A stretch of 64,000 nt of DNA from an uncultured bacterium (GTDB taxonomy: Bacteria; CSSED10-310; CAZUFC01). The notes under the pieces are model-generated. The model ran no database searches. It worked only from the letters and a program-made list of their open reading frames with translations, and had not been told where the DNA came from. Location: positions 1-64,000 of the forward strand of contig CAZUFC010000023.1 in assembly GCA_964619725.1 (NCBI GenBank). The letters run 5' to 3'. The translations under genes and the position numbers were made by a program. Positions 8,962 to 18,663 of the stretch are shown one piece after another. Positions within the stretch are counted from its first letter, which is position 1. The number at the start of each line of letters is the position of its first letter.

Positions 8962-11900
8962 ATGTCCGACGATCGAACACGGAAAAAAATTCTGACGCCG
9001 TTGATCGACCGATGTCGATTGAAAAAAGCTGCTATTGTCGCTGTAGCGTTTGAGGGCGAAGAACCGCCCGGCACATTAATGGATGAAGTGCACCAGAATC
9101 TGGAAAGCGAAGGATTCAACAGCAAAATAATTAAATTTTCTGAATTAGGTGAGAATCCGGTTGCGCGTATGACGGAATTGAAGAGAAGCGGTATTGATAT
9201 TCTGTCGATCCTGTTCGATGAGCAGAGTCTGGCCGGCGGGAATATCGACCCGTTGATCGCTCTTAATCTTCACCGGGATACTTTTGTTCGCATGCGTATC
9301 TGTGCTGTTTTCTGGGCGCCGTCCGACAAGTTCGGTTTATTTTCTCAATATACTTCTAATTTCCTGGATTTTCGTTCCCGATTCGTTGAATTGGATCGAG
9401 AAGGCCGTGAGCTGGAATTTCGGCATAAGAGTATCGTTCGAAAAATCAGCATCTTGCATATGTCTGATCTGTACATCAATGGCGATTCGCCTGATTCTGC
9501 GGACGACTTTTACAAGAGAAGCATAAGCCGAAAAATGATTGAGGCTGTGCGTGAACATATTGAAAAACAAAGCAGCAAAATAGATTTTGCGGCTATTACC
9601 GGCGATATTGCTTTCACAGGAAAAGAAAATGATTACAATGCAGCCGCAAGTTTTTTAAGGAAACTGCAGTCGATGATCGGCAAAAAAACCAGGTTTTTCA
9701 TCGTGCCGGGGAATCATGACGTGGACAGGAACAAAATAAAACGCTTTTTTTCTCTGCATGACGTCGTATTAAATTCCAGGACCGATGAATTCCTCAGCGC
9801 TCCTGACAATTTAAGAAACCATATTCACCCAAGGTTTGAACAATTCAAAAAATTCGCTAACAGTTTGAATCCGAGCCTTTATAAATCGAAAGCGGAATAT
9901 TTCTGGGTCCGTAATTTTGAGGAGTACCGGGTATCCTTTATTGGATTCAACTCATGTTGGGCATCGGAAAACGATAACGACAAATACAGGATAACCTTGG
10001 GACGCCCGCAAGCAGAGAAGGCCCTGGAATGGGCGCTCATGCCCAATAAGATAATACTCATGCATCATCCGTTCGATTGGCTGAATGAGAATGATCTCAG
10101 CCGCTATCGTCATGAATTGCTGGATCAATGCTCATTGCTGTTGCATGGGCATGCTCATGGAGAACGCGGGGTTATAATGGGGTCTCTTTTCAGCTTAGGA
10201 TTGTACCCTGGAGTTCCCGGATTTCAGTTCATCGAGATAGAATTTCATGAAAACCTTTCGCGAATGAGAATATGGCCGTATAAACTTGAAATTAGAGAGA
10301 ATGTGAAATTCGTCCCGGATTCTGATCGATGGAAAGACCAAAACGGTAAACCTTATTATGATGTCGAGATTCAAAGACGAGATTCCGGGAGAAGCGCCCG
10401 CCTGCCGGAGCCGTTAAAAATCCCGGAAAAATACAGAGAATGGATAAAGGCATCGGACTCCAGTATTGAAGTGTCGACTATCGGATTCAGGCGTTTTCGA
10501 TTCTACCCTTCTGAAATATATGTACCGCTTGAAACGAAGAATCCTTTTTACAAGCCGGGTGAAGTCCGGGAAAAAGCAGTCGGATACGCTGAAAAAGATT
10601 CAACCAGAGAGAACTCGTCTAAAATAGAAATCGAGTCGCTTCTGTCTTCAGAAGATTTTATTTTTTTAACCGGAGGTCCGGGAACCGGTAAAACTACTTT
10701 CGTCAAACATTTAGCCTATACTATAACTCAAGGCATCTGCGGTCCAAAACTCAATAAATTCTTACCGGTCGTAGTTTCATTAAACGATATAAATGAAATT
10801 CTTGAATGGTCATTAGGAGAAAACAAGAAATTCAATTTTACCGATTTATTAAATAAATACTTGAAAAACCGCCGATGTCCGCTCCCGACAGCAACCCTAT
10901 CCCGGTTTATCTCACATGGGAGAGCTTTATTTCTTCTTGATGGACTGGACGAATTGGCGGAACCTTCTCGCTCAGAATTTATAGAATTAATCGAGGAATT
11001 CAGGGCTTCAACAGAACCCGGTAAAATTGTGATTACAAGTCGTCCGGCAGCCGTCAGCGGGAAAATTGAAGAAAGATTGGCAGCATACCGTCATGAAATA
11101 GAACCTCTTAACCGGGAAAAAATTGTGGCGCTTGTCGGCAGATGGTTTCAAGCTGTCTTAGGATCATCAAAACGATCTTCGCATGAAGCGACTGAGGACA
11201 TAATGCGGTCGCTGGAGCATTCTGAACGGCTACATTCCTTGGCTGAAAACCCGTTAATGTTGAGCGCTGTTTGCATCCTTTACATGGATGAGAAGAGAAT
11301 CCCTGAAAATCGTGCTGTACTTTTCGAGGCCATCGTAAATAATATGATTAACAGGCGCAGTTTCGGCAAAGGCCAGAAAATAAATATAATGACTTTTCTA
11401 ATGTCTATGGCTTTTAAAATGCAAACGAGATGCGTCCGTTCGTTTGAAATCTCTGAAGCGCTTGTACTGTTAAATCGAATTTTAAAGCAAAAAAAAGGGA
11501 GTAAATATGAATCGCTGGAACTTTTTAGTGAGACGGTATTAAAAACGGGTTTACTGATTCTCGGCTCCATGAACGAAGTAAGCTTTGTTCATCTTGTGTT
11601 TCAGGAGTATCTTGCCGCTAGATATATGATTGAAAACGCAATCGATTTCCGTGATTTTATTTACGATGTCCGGCAACAGGAAACGATAAGGCTTTATATT
11701 GAATTATTTGCTCAATTTTCAAAAAGCAAGGGTTGCGAAGCAATAGAGCAGATTCTGGCGATCAGCGCAAGCGAACCAGGGGAACGAAACAGGATATGGC
11801 TGCTGGGCGCTGCAGCTCTTCGGGACTTGCGATTTTCAATAGGTGAAGAAGAAACATATAAAAAAACAAGAGAAAAAATGTATAAAGTGATGGCATCCGG

Positions 11901-12714
11901 AGTCGAGTTGAAACAGCGTTTTGAGGCCGGCGCTGTCGTGGGAGATTTGGGCGATATTCGTCTTAGAGAAAACAATATCGTTCAGGTAAAAAAGGGTTGG
12001 TTCATGATGGGAACTAAAGAAGGGTTTTATGATTCCAAACCTCAAAGAAAAATTTATCTCGATGAATACGGAATATCGAAATATCCCGTCACGAATGAAG
12101 AATACGAAAAATTCGTAAGTGCGGGAGGATATGAAAAGGAAGAATTTTGGACGGCATCGGGTTGGAAATGGAAATCTCGTGAGGGAATCACAGAACCATC
12201 GTTTATGCTTGACAGGAAATGGAGCGGCAGAAATTTTCCTGTCGTGGGAATTAGCTGGTATGAAGCCCGGGCATACGCAGCATGGGTAAGCAGAGAAACC
12301 GGCAGGCGTTATCGTCTGCCGACAGAGGCCGAGTGGGAAAAGGCGGCTCGCGGGAGTCACGGCATTGAATATCCTTGGGGCGAGGAATTCAATTCAGATT
12401 GGTGCAATTCTCTGGAATGCGGATTGAACCGAACGAGTCCCATAGGGATTTTCCCGCAGGGCATAAGTCCTAACGGATGTTATGATATGGCCGGCAATGT
12501 TTGGGAGTGGTGTCTGGACTGGTATGATGCCGAATACTTTACTAAGGCCCCGGAGAAAAACCCTCAAGGTCCTGAATCCGGCGCTCAGCGAAGCGTGCGG
12601 GGAGGAAGCTGGAAAGTTGATGCATTTGAATGCAGGACGGGTTTCCGTAATTTTGCTGAACCGACATTAAGAGATGACGATTTAGGATTTCGATTGGTGA
12701 CGTCGCTTCCTTGA
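8962..12714 (+). CDS. NLR-like protein: N-terminal adaptor + calcineurin-like metallophosphoesterase + NACHT NTPase + FGE-sulfatase/SUMF1 domain
   Basis: LHMSDLY, TGDIA, VPGNHD, MHHP, LHGHAH; GGPGTGKTT, LLDGLDE, ITSRP, NPLML, FVHLVFQEYLAA; PVVGISWYEA, RLPTEAEWEKAARG, DMAGNVWEW, RGGSW, LGFRL. Confidence 0.9.
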   Translation: MSDDRTRKKILTPLIDRCRLKKAAIVAVAFEGEEPPGTLMDEVHQNLESEGFNSKIIKFSELGENPVARMTELKRSGIDILSILFDEQSLAGGNIDPLIALNLHRDTFVRMRICAVFWAPSDKFGLFSQYTSNFLDFRSRFVELDREGRELEFRHKSIVRKISILHMSDLYINGDSPDSADDFYKRSISRKMIEAVREHIEKQSSKIDFAAITGDIAFTGKENDYNAAASFLRKLQSMIGKKTRFFIVPGNHDVDRNKIKRFFSLHDVVLNSRTDEFLSAPDNLRNHIHPRFEQFKKFANSLNPSLYKSKAEYFWVRNFEEYRVSFIGFNSCWASENDNDKYRITLGRPQAEKALEWALMPNKIILMHHPFDWLNENDLSRYRHELLDQCSLLLHGHAHGERGVIMGSLFSLGLYPGVPGFQFIEIEFHENLSRMRIWPYKLEIRENVKFVPDSDRWKDQNGKPYYDVEIQRRDSGRSARLPEPLKIPEKYREWIKASDSSIEVSTIGFRRFRFYPSEIYVPLETKNPFYKPGEVREKAVGYAEKDSTRENSSKIEIESLLSSEDFIFLTGGPGTGKTTFVKHLAYTITQGICGPKLNKFLPVVVSLNDINEILEWSLGENKKFNFTDLLNKYLKNRRCPLPTATLSRFISHGRALFLLDGLDELAEPSRSEFIELIEEFRASTEPGKIVITSRPAAVSGKIEERLAAYRHEIEPLNREKIVALVGRWFQAVLGSSKRSSHEATEDIMRSLEHSERLHSLAENPLMLSAVCILYMDEKRIPENRAVLFEAIVNNMINRRSFGKGQKINIMTFLMSMAFKMQTRCVRSFEISEALVLLNRILKQKKGSKYESLELFSETVLKTGLLILGSMNEVSFVHLVFQEYLAARYMIENAIDFRDFIYDVRQQETIRLYIELFAQFSKSKGCEAIEQILAISASEPGERNRIWLLGAAALRDLRFSIGEEETYKKTREKMYKVMASGVELKQRFEAGAVVGDLGDIRLRENNIVQVKKGWFMMGTKEGFYDSKPQRKIYLDEYGISKYPVTNEEYEKFVSAGGYEKEEFWTASGWKWKSREGITEPSFMLDRKWSGRNFPVVGISWYEARAYAAWVSRETGRRYRLPTEAEWEKAARGSHGIEYPWGEEFNSDWCNSLECGLNRTSPIGIFPQGISPNGCYDMAGNVWEWCLDWYDAEYFTKAPEKNPQGPESGAQRSVRGGSWKVDAFECRTGFRNFAEPTLRDDDLGFRLVTSLP

Positions 12715-12740
12715 GCTTGTTGAAGTCACGTGCAAATAAG

Positions 12741-12840
12741 GCTTTGATCAAAAATGCGTTTATTGAGTTTACAATTTTTCCGAATATCCCATCATGTTGT
12801 ATCGGAAAACGAGGTCGGTATCAGTCTCGCAATCGAAACC
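12741..12840 (+). repeat. Dispersed repeat family A, diverged copy
   Basis: gctttgatcaaaaatgcgtttattgagtttacaatt...cccatcat resembles the copies at 30511 and 55908 (minus). Confidence 0.5.
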
Positions 12841-13051
12841 GGTATTTCACAGGATTTTTCTGCAATGAAACCGTCCGTTACGATCACATTCGAACCCATT
12901 GCTCGGAATGGCCCAACAAGGGTCAAAATCAATTCTGCTTCTCTTCTCTTTTCGCGTAAATTCGCGTGATTTCGCGGATAGTAATACTTGGAAAATGTTT
13001 TAATCATTCGTAGATGCCGGATTCTTTCGTTGCCGTTTTTTTACTTTAAAG

Positions 13052-13105
13052 AAAAGGACCAAAGGGACCAAAAGGACGTAAAGAACGAAAGAGACGAAAG
13101 GGAAT
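13052..13105 (+). repeat. Degenerate 9-bp tandem repeat (AAARGGACN)
   Basis: AAAAGGACC AAAGGGACC AAAAGGACG TAAAGAACG AAAGAGACG AAAGGGAAT. Confidence 0.7.
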
Positions 13106-13231
13106 TGATTTTTTTTGCGGCAGTCCTGGGCAATTTTTTTGAAACTCTTTTCAACTTTCATTATTGGGTGGAATCGGTGAGTCGATTATGTGTATAATGG
13201 GTGGACAGGCATGCATGAAAGGGAGCGTATC

Positions 13232-14656
13232 ATGAGTGAAACTGAAAAAATATTAAAGGAAGCTTACGGGAAGAGGGCTTCAGTTTTCGTGGACTGGGCG
13301 GACAGGTTCGTCAACGGGCATTTGAAAAAGAAGCATCTGGAGGGTACGCAGGAAATGCCCGGTTGGCGGGTTGAAGAATCGTCCTTGTTCAAAGAATTGA
13401 AAGTTTTAAAGAGCGGAACGGGGAAGGTCGATATTGACGACGGACTTCTGGTGGGTACCGTCAGAATGGGTTATGGACATTACCGTATGGCGCTTTCCGT
13501 TTTGACTTATGCTCTCAGGATGGGATCAACCCCTTACTGGCTGGATTTTCGCGAATCGGATTCTCCTGAATGCCGCGTCCTGACGGATATCGATAAGCTC
13601 TATTCCGGTTTCTCACGATGGACTGAAAAGAACTTCCTACTCGAATGGTTCTGGGAAAACATCACCTCAAGCGGCGGTTGGGATTCGCTTTTCCTTTCAC
13701 TCAGAACCGCCGACCTGGTGAAAAACCTGATCGACGCTTTCCCGCGCGACCTGCCCCTGCTTTCTTCATACGTCCTGACTGCTCATACGGCAATTTTAAA
13801 GAACTTCAAAAAAGTCGTTCACATGATACCCGACAATTATCCGCAGGCCTTTCATATAGCTCCGCACGCCCTGCACCTGGTCCAGTCTCCTGCCCTGTAT
13901 TACGGCTATCTTAAACTCGGCGTACCGGAAGAAGACCTCATACAGGTGGGCCATTATGTGGACTATGAACTGGTGTCCTCGGCAGAAAAATGCTGCGATG
14001 CCCGCATTCGACGCCGCAATGAGGCCTCGCCCCTGCGATGTCTTTTCACCATCGGAGGCGCCGGCGCTCAATCCGATTTCATGCAATCGACGTTGGAGAA
14101 CCTGGTCAACGAAATCAAAGAGGGACAGATAATCGTTTTATTGAATGCGGGAGACCATGACCACATTGTAAAAACGGCGCTGGAGGAAGCTGAAAAATTC
14201 AATTTGCCGCTGCATCGGTATGATGAACCCCGCCAAACGGATGAATTCACCGGGAAATACGAACTGGATAACGATGAAAATACTGAAGACATAGATCAGG
14301 GCATCCATCTTTTCCACAACAAAGACGTTTTCCATGCCGTCATGACGACCAATAAACTCATGAAAACAGCAGACATAATGATCACCAAACCCAGTGAACT
14401 CTCCTATTACCCAATACCCATTTTATTTTTACGAAGAGTCGGAAAACATGAAGCTCCCGGCGCTGTCAGGGCTGCAGAACTGGGGACGGGAACGCCGGAG
14501 ATGCGCACCCCGAAACAAACGGCTTTAATGCTGAAACGGATGCTCAAGAATCCGGCGCTGACCGATAAAATGAACCAAAATGTAATAAAAGCAAGGGCTG
14601 CCGGTATTTATGACGGCGCTGAAAAAGCTGTGGAGACTACTCTCTCTGAAAAATAA
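13232..14656 (+). CDS. Putative GT-B fold glycosyltransferase (MGDG synthase/UgtP-like, uncharacterised)
   Basis: MGYGHYR, TIGGAG, DIMITKPSE and VGKHE motifs resemble the G.GH / GG / ITKP / E pattern of GT28-related enzymes; GGGAG RBS before ATG 13232. Confidence 0.55.
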   Translation: MSETEKILKEAYGKRASVFVDWADRFVNGHLKKKHLEGTQEMPGWRVEESSLFKELKVLKSGTGKVDIDDGLLVGTVRMGYGHYRMALSVLTYALRMGSTPYWLDFRESDSPECRVLTDIDKLYSGFSRWTEKNFLLEWFWENITSSGGWDSLFLSLRTADLVKNLIDAFPRDLPLLSSYVLTAHTAILKNFKKVVHMIPDNYPQAFHIAPHALHLVQSPALYYGYLKLGVPEEDLIQVGHYVDYELVSSAEKCCDARIRRRNEASPLRCLFTIGGAGAQSDFMQSTLENLVNEIKEGQIIVLLNAGDHDHIVKTALEEAEKFNLPLHRYDEPRQTDEFTGKYELDNDENTEDIDQGIHLFHNKDVFHAVMTTNKLMKTADIMITKPSELSYYPIPILFLRRVGKHEAPGAVRAAELGTGTPEMRTPKQTALMLKRMLKNPALTDKMNQNVIKARAAGIYDGAEKAVETTLSEK

Positions 14657-14673
14657 AGAGTAGTGATATTCTT

Positions 14674-15069
14674 TTAATTCCCATAATCGAATTCCCAGGT
14701 GTCGAGGTTGCTGGTCAGCGTGTTGAAATTCCTGTCCGTCATGGCCGTATACCATTTGAGACCGTAACCGGAACCCGTTCCGCCGGGCCAGTTAAAGGCG
14801 GTAACCGGTATGATTCTTTTGATGTCCAAAGGATCAGCGTCTACTGAATAATAATCCATGGCGCCGGTGAAAGAAGGTCCCATGTAGTAATTGCCGTAAG
14901 CTTCCAGGATCAGGAACAGGGGATAATTCGAAGGAGCGTCGGCATGAGCGTACCAGATGTCCAGCCAACAAGTATCTCCAGGCGTATAATATGTATCCGG
15001 CATGATCATTTTCACTCTGCCGGGATTCGCCGATTCGATCCAAACCTCTACATTAAAGCCCCGCGACAT
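14674..15069 (-). CDS. Stand-alone copy (or 3' remnant) of the recurrent C-terminal FxWP/FxYG domain
   Basis: MPDTYYTPGD...LFLILEAYGNYY...FNWP...GLKWY...FDYGN aligns by eye with the C-termini of 19866-22616 and 38076-40154; no signal peptide. Confidence 0.6.
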   Translation of the reverse strand: MSRGFNVEVWIESANPGRVKMIMPDTYYTPGDTCWLDIWYAHADAPSNYPLFLILEAYGNYYMGPSFTGAMDYYSVDADPLDIKRIIPVTAFNWPGGTGSGYGLKWYTAMTDRNFNTLTSNLDTWEFDYGN

Positions 15070-15087
15070 GCTGCTTTTAGTTCCAGC

Positions 15088-15273
15088 TTATCCCGGAATA
15101 TCGTCGATCCACAACAAATGAGCTTCAAGACTTGATTCTTGTATACCGTCGAGAAATTTCCGATCGGCAGTAACCATCCTGGCATTTAAACTTCTTGCGA
15201 AGGCCAGATACAGACAATCATAAATGCTTTTTTGAAGTTGAATCGATAAACGGTATGCCTGTTCCACGAACAA
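15088..15273 (-). pseudogene. C-terminal fragment of a PIN-domain (VapC) toxin
   Basis: YDCLYLAFA...MVTADRKF motif; N-terminal half and antitoxin absent. Confidence 0.75.
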
Positions 15274-15631
15274 ATTTAAATCAGATTTTTAAGACATACT
15301 TTCTCTTTTTGCCTTTTTTCAACTTTTCCGCAATTGTATCGTCAAGATAGCGAACGAGATTTTGAGTCAAAAATATCACTCACAGTGACAAAAGCTAGCA
15401 ATATGAGAGAAAAATTTATGCATCCTGGTCAAGCGGAATAACCTCGGACAATATAATTCCGGCGATTATTCCCAAAAACCAAATCCCATTCGGCCTTGTG
15501 CCGCATTAACTTAAGTTTGACTTTTATCAATAGTATCCGTTGAAGATTTTCTCCGTTATTTTGATGAATGAAGTAAGAGTGGAAGTTCGAGATGCTGTGA
15601 CGTTTTTTTTCTCACGATCACTTCAAAATTT

Positions 15632-15853
15632 TTATGTATGATCTTCCTTCTTGCTGGATTCTGTTTTTCGCGGCCGGCTTTCTCCTGTTCCACCCTTTGG
15701 TGGACTTATGGAAACAGAGATTTGTTTTGGTTGGAAACCTCTTCTTTCAGAAGGCTGATATCCGTCTTTAACAGGTTGATAACCTTTAATACCCTCTATT
15801 GATGTTATTTGTATTTTTTTTGTTCGATGATTGTTAGTTTTCTTTGGACTCAT
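15632..15853 (-). CDS. Small basic protein with three G[YF]QP repeats, partner of the DUF6338-like gene
   Basis: KGYQP.KDGYQP..RRGFQP...PPKGGTG; overlaps the upstream gene by 20 bp, GGAGG RBS inside it. Confidence 0.6.
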   Translation of the reverse strand: MSPKKTNNHRTKKIQITSIEGIKGYQPVKDGYQPSERRGFQPKQISVSISPPKGGTGESRPRKTESSKKEDHT

Positions 15854-16457
15854 CTAATTCCTCCATTTTAAGAATTTCGAAAAATTCCAGGTAGTCAAAA
15901 AAATCCTTATCTATCCACATTCCTTTAGTGTTTTCAATTTTTTCGAGAAATTCACCTTTTTCATTTACCCGCCAAACCTCTTCGAGATAAATTTCTTCCT
16001 TAAAGGGTAATGAAGAGGCAAAAGAATTAGTACCGTAAAGACCTCCAATCAGTCTATTGTTCTTCAAATGAACAATCACATAACAAGGAAGGCCAGTCCC
16101 AAAGAAGTAATCCCAGGATTTCGGCGTAGGGTGAATCACTAATCCACGCAACAGGTGACTTCTAAGAAGGAGGAGGATAATTATTGGCCAAACTACAGGA
16201 AGGACAAATAAGAACAGGAAAACGAAAAATTTGAAAAGAGTTGGATGCGCTGTTTGAAATTCTGGTTTTACGGCGGTTAACATAATTAAAATTGTGAAGT
16301 TAATACAGCTGTAACTTACGGCTTCCAAAAGATAATTAGAAAGTTTCCGGGTTTCTGACGGTACGAGTAGAGACCAGATTTTCATTGAAATAAAACCCGG
16401 AATTACAAACAAAAAGAACAAATTTATTTTTTCTGTAGCCAAAATTTCCATGAACAT
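15834..16457 (-). CDS. DUF6338-like membrane protein
   Basis: Three TM segments, PGFIS, P.SWDYFF, VIVHLK...IGG.Y...SFASS, EIYLEEVW; AT-rich. Confidence 0.65.
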   Translation of the reverse strand: MFMEILATEKINLFFLFVIPGFISMKIWSLLVPSETRKLSNYLLEAVSYSCINFTILIMLTAVKPEFQTAHPTLFKFFVFLFLFVLPVVWPIIILLLLRSHLLRGLVIHPTPKSWDYFFGTGLPCYVIVHLKNNRLIGGLYGTNSFASSLPFKEEIYLEEVWRVNEKGEFLEKIENTKGMWIDKDFFDYLEFFEILKMEELDESKEN

Positions 16458-16900
16458 TCCTTCTAACTCACATTGGTTTTAACATTTGTCCTAAAGTGCA
16501 ATGAATATCATTATTCCTTGTCATATCGCCAATCTGCAAATCATCCGAATTTCCTTGAATATTCAACCAATCGAGTCTGCAATGCCTTCCTTATCCTATT
16601 AATCATTGATAACCGCAAAAGATGCGATCATCACCTTTAATAATTTTATTCATTTTACAACGATAAGACAAATATTTGTGGTAGAAATGAAATTCGATGC
16701 CGCTCTGCTTTCGAGCGGAATTCGCCTAGGATTAAATTATGGTGAGAGATTCGTATGGTTATGTTATCCCTAATGAGACTTTTATACGAATCCGAATAGT
16801 TTTAAGCAAGGTCAACATTATAATTGAATTGTTCTTGAGCGCCTGCCGATAAATTAAAATCCATATTCAAATTTGAGCGCTGGACTGAAAATCGTCAGAT

Positions 16901-18469
16901 TCACGCCTGCAAATCCGGCATTCTGAAGCGGTTCCTGTCAATTTCGTATTTTCTCATTTTGGAACGGAGGGTATTGGGGTTAATTCGAAGCAGTCTTGCG
17001 GCGCCGTAGGGTCCTTCTATCAGTCCTCTGGTGGCTTTCAGGGCGCATTCTATGTGGTTGATTATTGCCTGGTCCAGCGTGGGGAAAGGGGTTGCCGGCA
17101 GTTTTTCTGTTTTTTGAGGTTCTTCTTTTGTTTTTTGTTCGGGGGTTGCAGCATGAAACCCGCCCAGGGCTTTTTCTATTTCCAGCCTTTCGCCGTTTCC
17201 CAAGATGGCGGCGCGGTCGATCACTGCCGCCAGTTCTCTTATGTTTCCCGGCCAGGAATAATTCATCAGCAGGTCGATATCGTCCAGGGTCGGGACCAGC
17301 GGCGGAAGGCCGAAACGCCGGGAGGCCCGTTCCGCGAAATGGGTGACCAGCGCCGGCATGTCCTGCGGCCGGTTTCTCAAAGGCGGCAGATGGATCGGAA
17401 AAACCGCTATCCTGTACCATAAGTCGGCCCGGAATTTTCCCTCGGAAACCATCCTGCCCAGGTCCCTGTGAGTCGCCGCCGTAATGCGGACGTCGACCGT
17501 CAACTGTCGCTGACCGCCCACACGCTCGAACGTACCGTCCTGAAGTATCCTCAATAACCTCACCTGCGCAGCCTGCGGCAGCTCACCGATCTCATCCAGA
17601 AATAAAGTTCCTTGATCCGCCCGCTCAAACCAGCCCTGATGCATGCTGACCGCTCCCGTAAAACTGCCCCGCTCATGACCGAAAAGCTCCGAATCGACCA
17701 GCTCCGGCGGGATCGCCCCGCAGTTCACCCTTAAAAACGGACCCTCTGAACGAGTCGACCGCGTGTGAATTGCCCGGGCTATTACCTCCTTGCCCGAACC
17801 CGTCTCGCCGAATATCAGCACCGGCACCGACGACCGGCTCACCATCTTTACGCGCTCCATCACCGGCTCCAATCCCCCCTCTGCACCCACTATCGCCTCG
17901 CTGATCTTTTTCCTTCCCAGCTTCGTCAACAACGAACGACGATCCGCTTCCGCCGAATCACGCCGAATTTTCAATTCCCTGAATTTCGCATCATTCTCCG
18001 CTGCTGCCGATAACGGCTCGATCAACCGTCCCACCGCTTCCGCATGCGATTCGTCAAAATTCATCCCCTCTTCAGACTCAAAAATCAACAGAACAGGATA
18101 TATCCTCTCTGTCGACGCTGATGCGATAAATAATTCCCCCCGCGTTTTTCCCGAACTCCACAGGGTGTTTTCCGCTTCCGACGACTCCCCGTCGACGAGC
18201 TTGAGTCCCTCCCGGCGATGCCATTCCATCAGTTTCTCCAGTTCGCACGTCTTCAATTGTTCTACAGACCTTTCCAGTGTTCCTCCGGCAGAGGTCCGCA
18301 CCGTTTCCGCATATGAACGCTCCAGGTCTATGCGCCGCAACAGGACCGACTTTACCGGCAGCAGTTGCCGGATCAGGGGCATAACGGCCGGAAGCGTTTC
18401 GCTGATGGCGGTAAAGCGCGATGTTTTTTCCCATATACGTATCAGGATGGACTCGACATTGTTTTTCAT
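16901..18469 (-). CDS. Sigma-54-dependent transcriptional activator (GAF-like + AAA+ + Fis HTH; FhlA-like)
   Basis: GETGSGKE, ELFGHERGSFTGA, LFLDEIGE, WPGNIREL, GAARLLRINPNTLRSKM. Confidence 0.92.
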   Translation of the reverse strand: MKNNVESILIRIWEKTSRFTAISETLPAVMPLIRQLLPVKSVLLRRIDLERSYAETVRTSAGGTLERSVEQLKTCELEKLMEWHRREGLKLVDGESSEAENTLWSSGKTRGELFIASASTERIYPVLLIFESEEGMNFDESHAEAVGRLIEPLSAAAENDAKFRELKIRRDSAEADRRSLLTKLGRKKISEAIVGAEGGLEPVMERVKMVSRSSVPVLIFGETGSGKEVIARAIHTRSTRSEGPFLRVNCGAIPPELVDSELFGHERGSFTGAVSMHQGWFERADQGTLFLDEIGELPQAAQVRLLRILQDGTFERVGGQRQLTVDVRITAATHRDLGRMVSEGKFRADLWYRIAVFPIHLPPLRNRPQDMPALVTHFAERASRRFGLPPLVPTLDDIDLLMNYSWPGNIRELAAVIDRAAILGNGERLEIEKALGGFHAATPEQKTKEEPQKTEKLPATPFPTLDQAIINHIECALKATRGLIEGPYGAARLLRINPNTLRSKMRKYEIDRNRFRMPDLQA

Positions 18470-18605
18470 CCGTTTTCTCCTTATGAAAGGTTTTCCGTTA
18501 AATATAACGGTCAGCCTTAAAATAAAAAATACATGGAAAATTCCAAAAGTGCAACTCGATAATTAAGTTATTAAATATAAACATTTTTTGAGTATGCATT
18601 ACTGC

Positions 18606-18621
18606 CGGCACGAAAAATGCC
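18606..18621 (+). promoter_or_regulatory. Sigma-54 (-24/-12) promoter of the TauE/SafE gene
   Basis: CGGCACGAAAAATGCC has GG-N10-GC spacing, lies 43 bp upstream of ATG 18664 and is divergent from a sigma-54 activator. Confidence 0.7.
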
Positions 18622-18663
18622 CTTTAACCCATGATGATTTTTTTTGTCAAAGGAGGAATCATA

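Noticed and set aside
5400-12714. DGR template/variable repeat pair between the FGE remnant (5400-5650) and the NACHT-FGE 3' end (12480-12714)
   Set aside because: Similarity is only at protein level; nucleotide differences are many and not confined to adenines, neither copy is AAC-rich, and no reverse transcriptase is in the window.
12711-13197. Small ORFs after the NACHT gene
   Set aside because: They run through repeat family A and the 9-bp array; likely non-coding.
15273-16500. Integron cassette array (AT-rich small genes, toxin remnant)
   Set aside because: No convincing RYYYAAC...GTTRRRY attC sites and no integrase.
17790-18566. 258-aa + strand ORF
   Set aside because: Almost entirely antisense to the well-supported sigma-54 activator.
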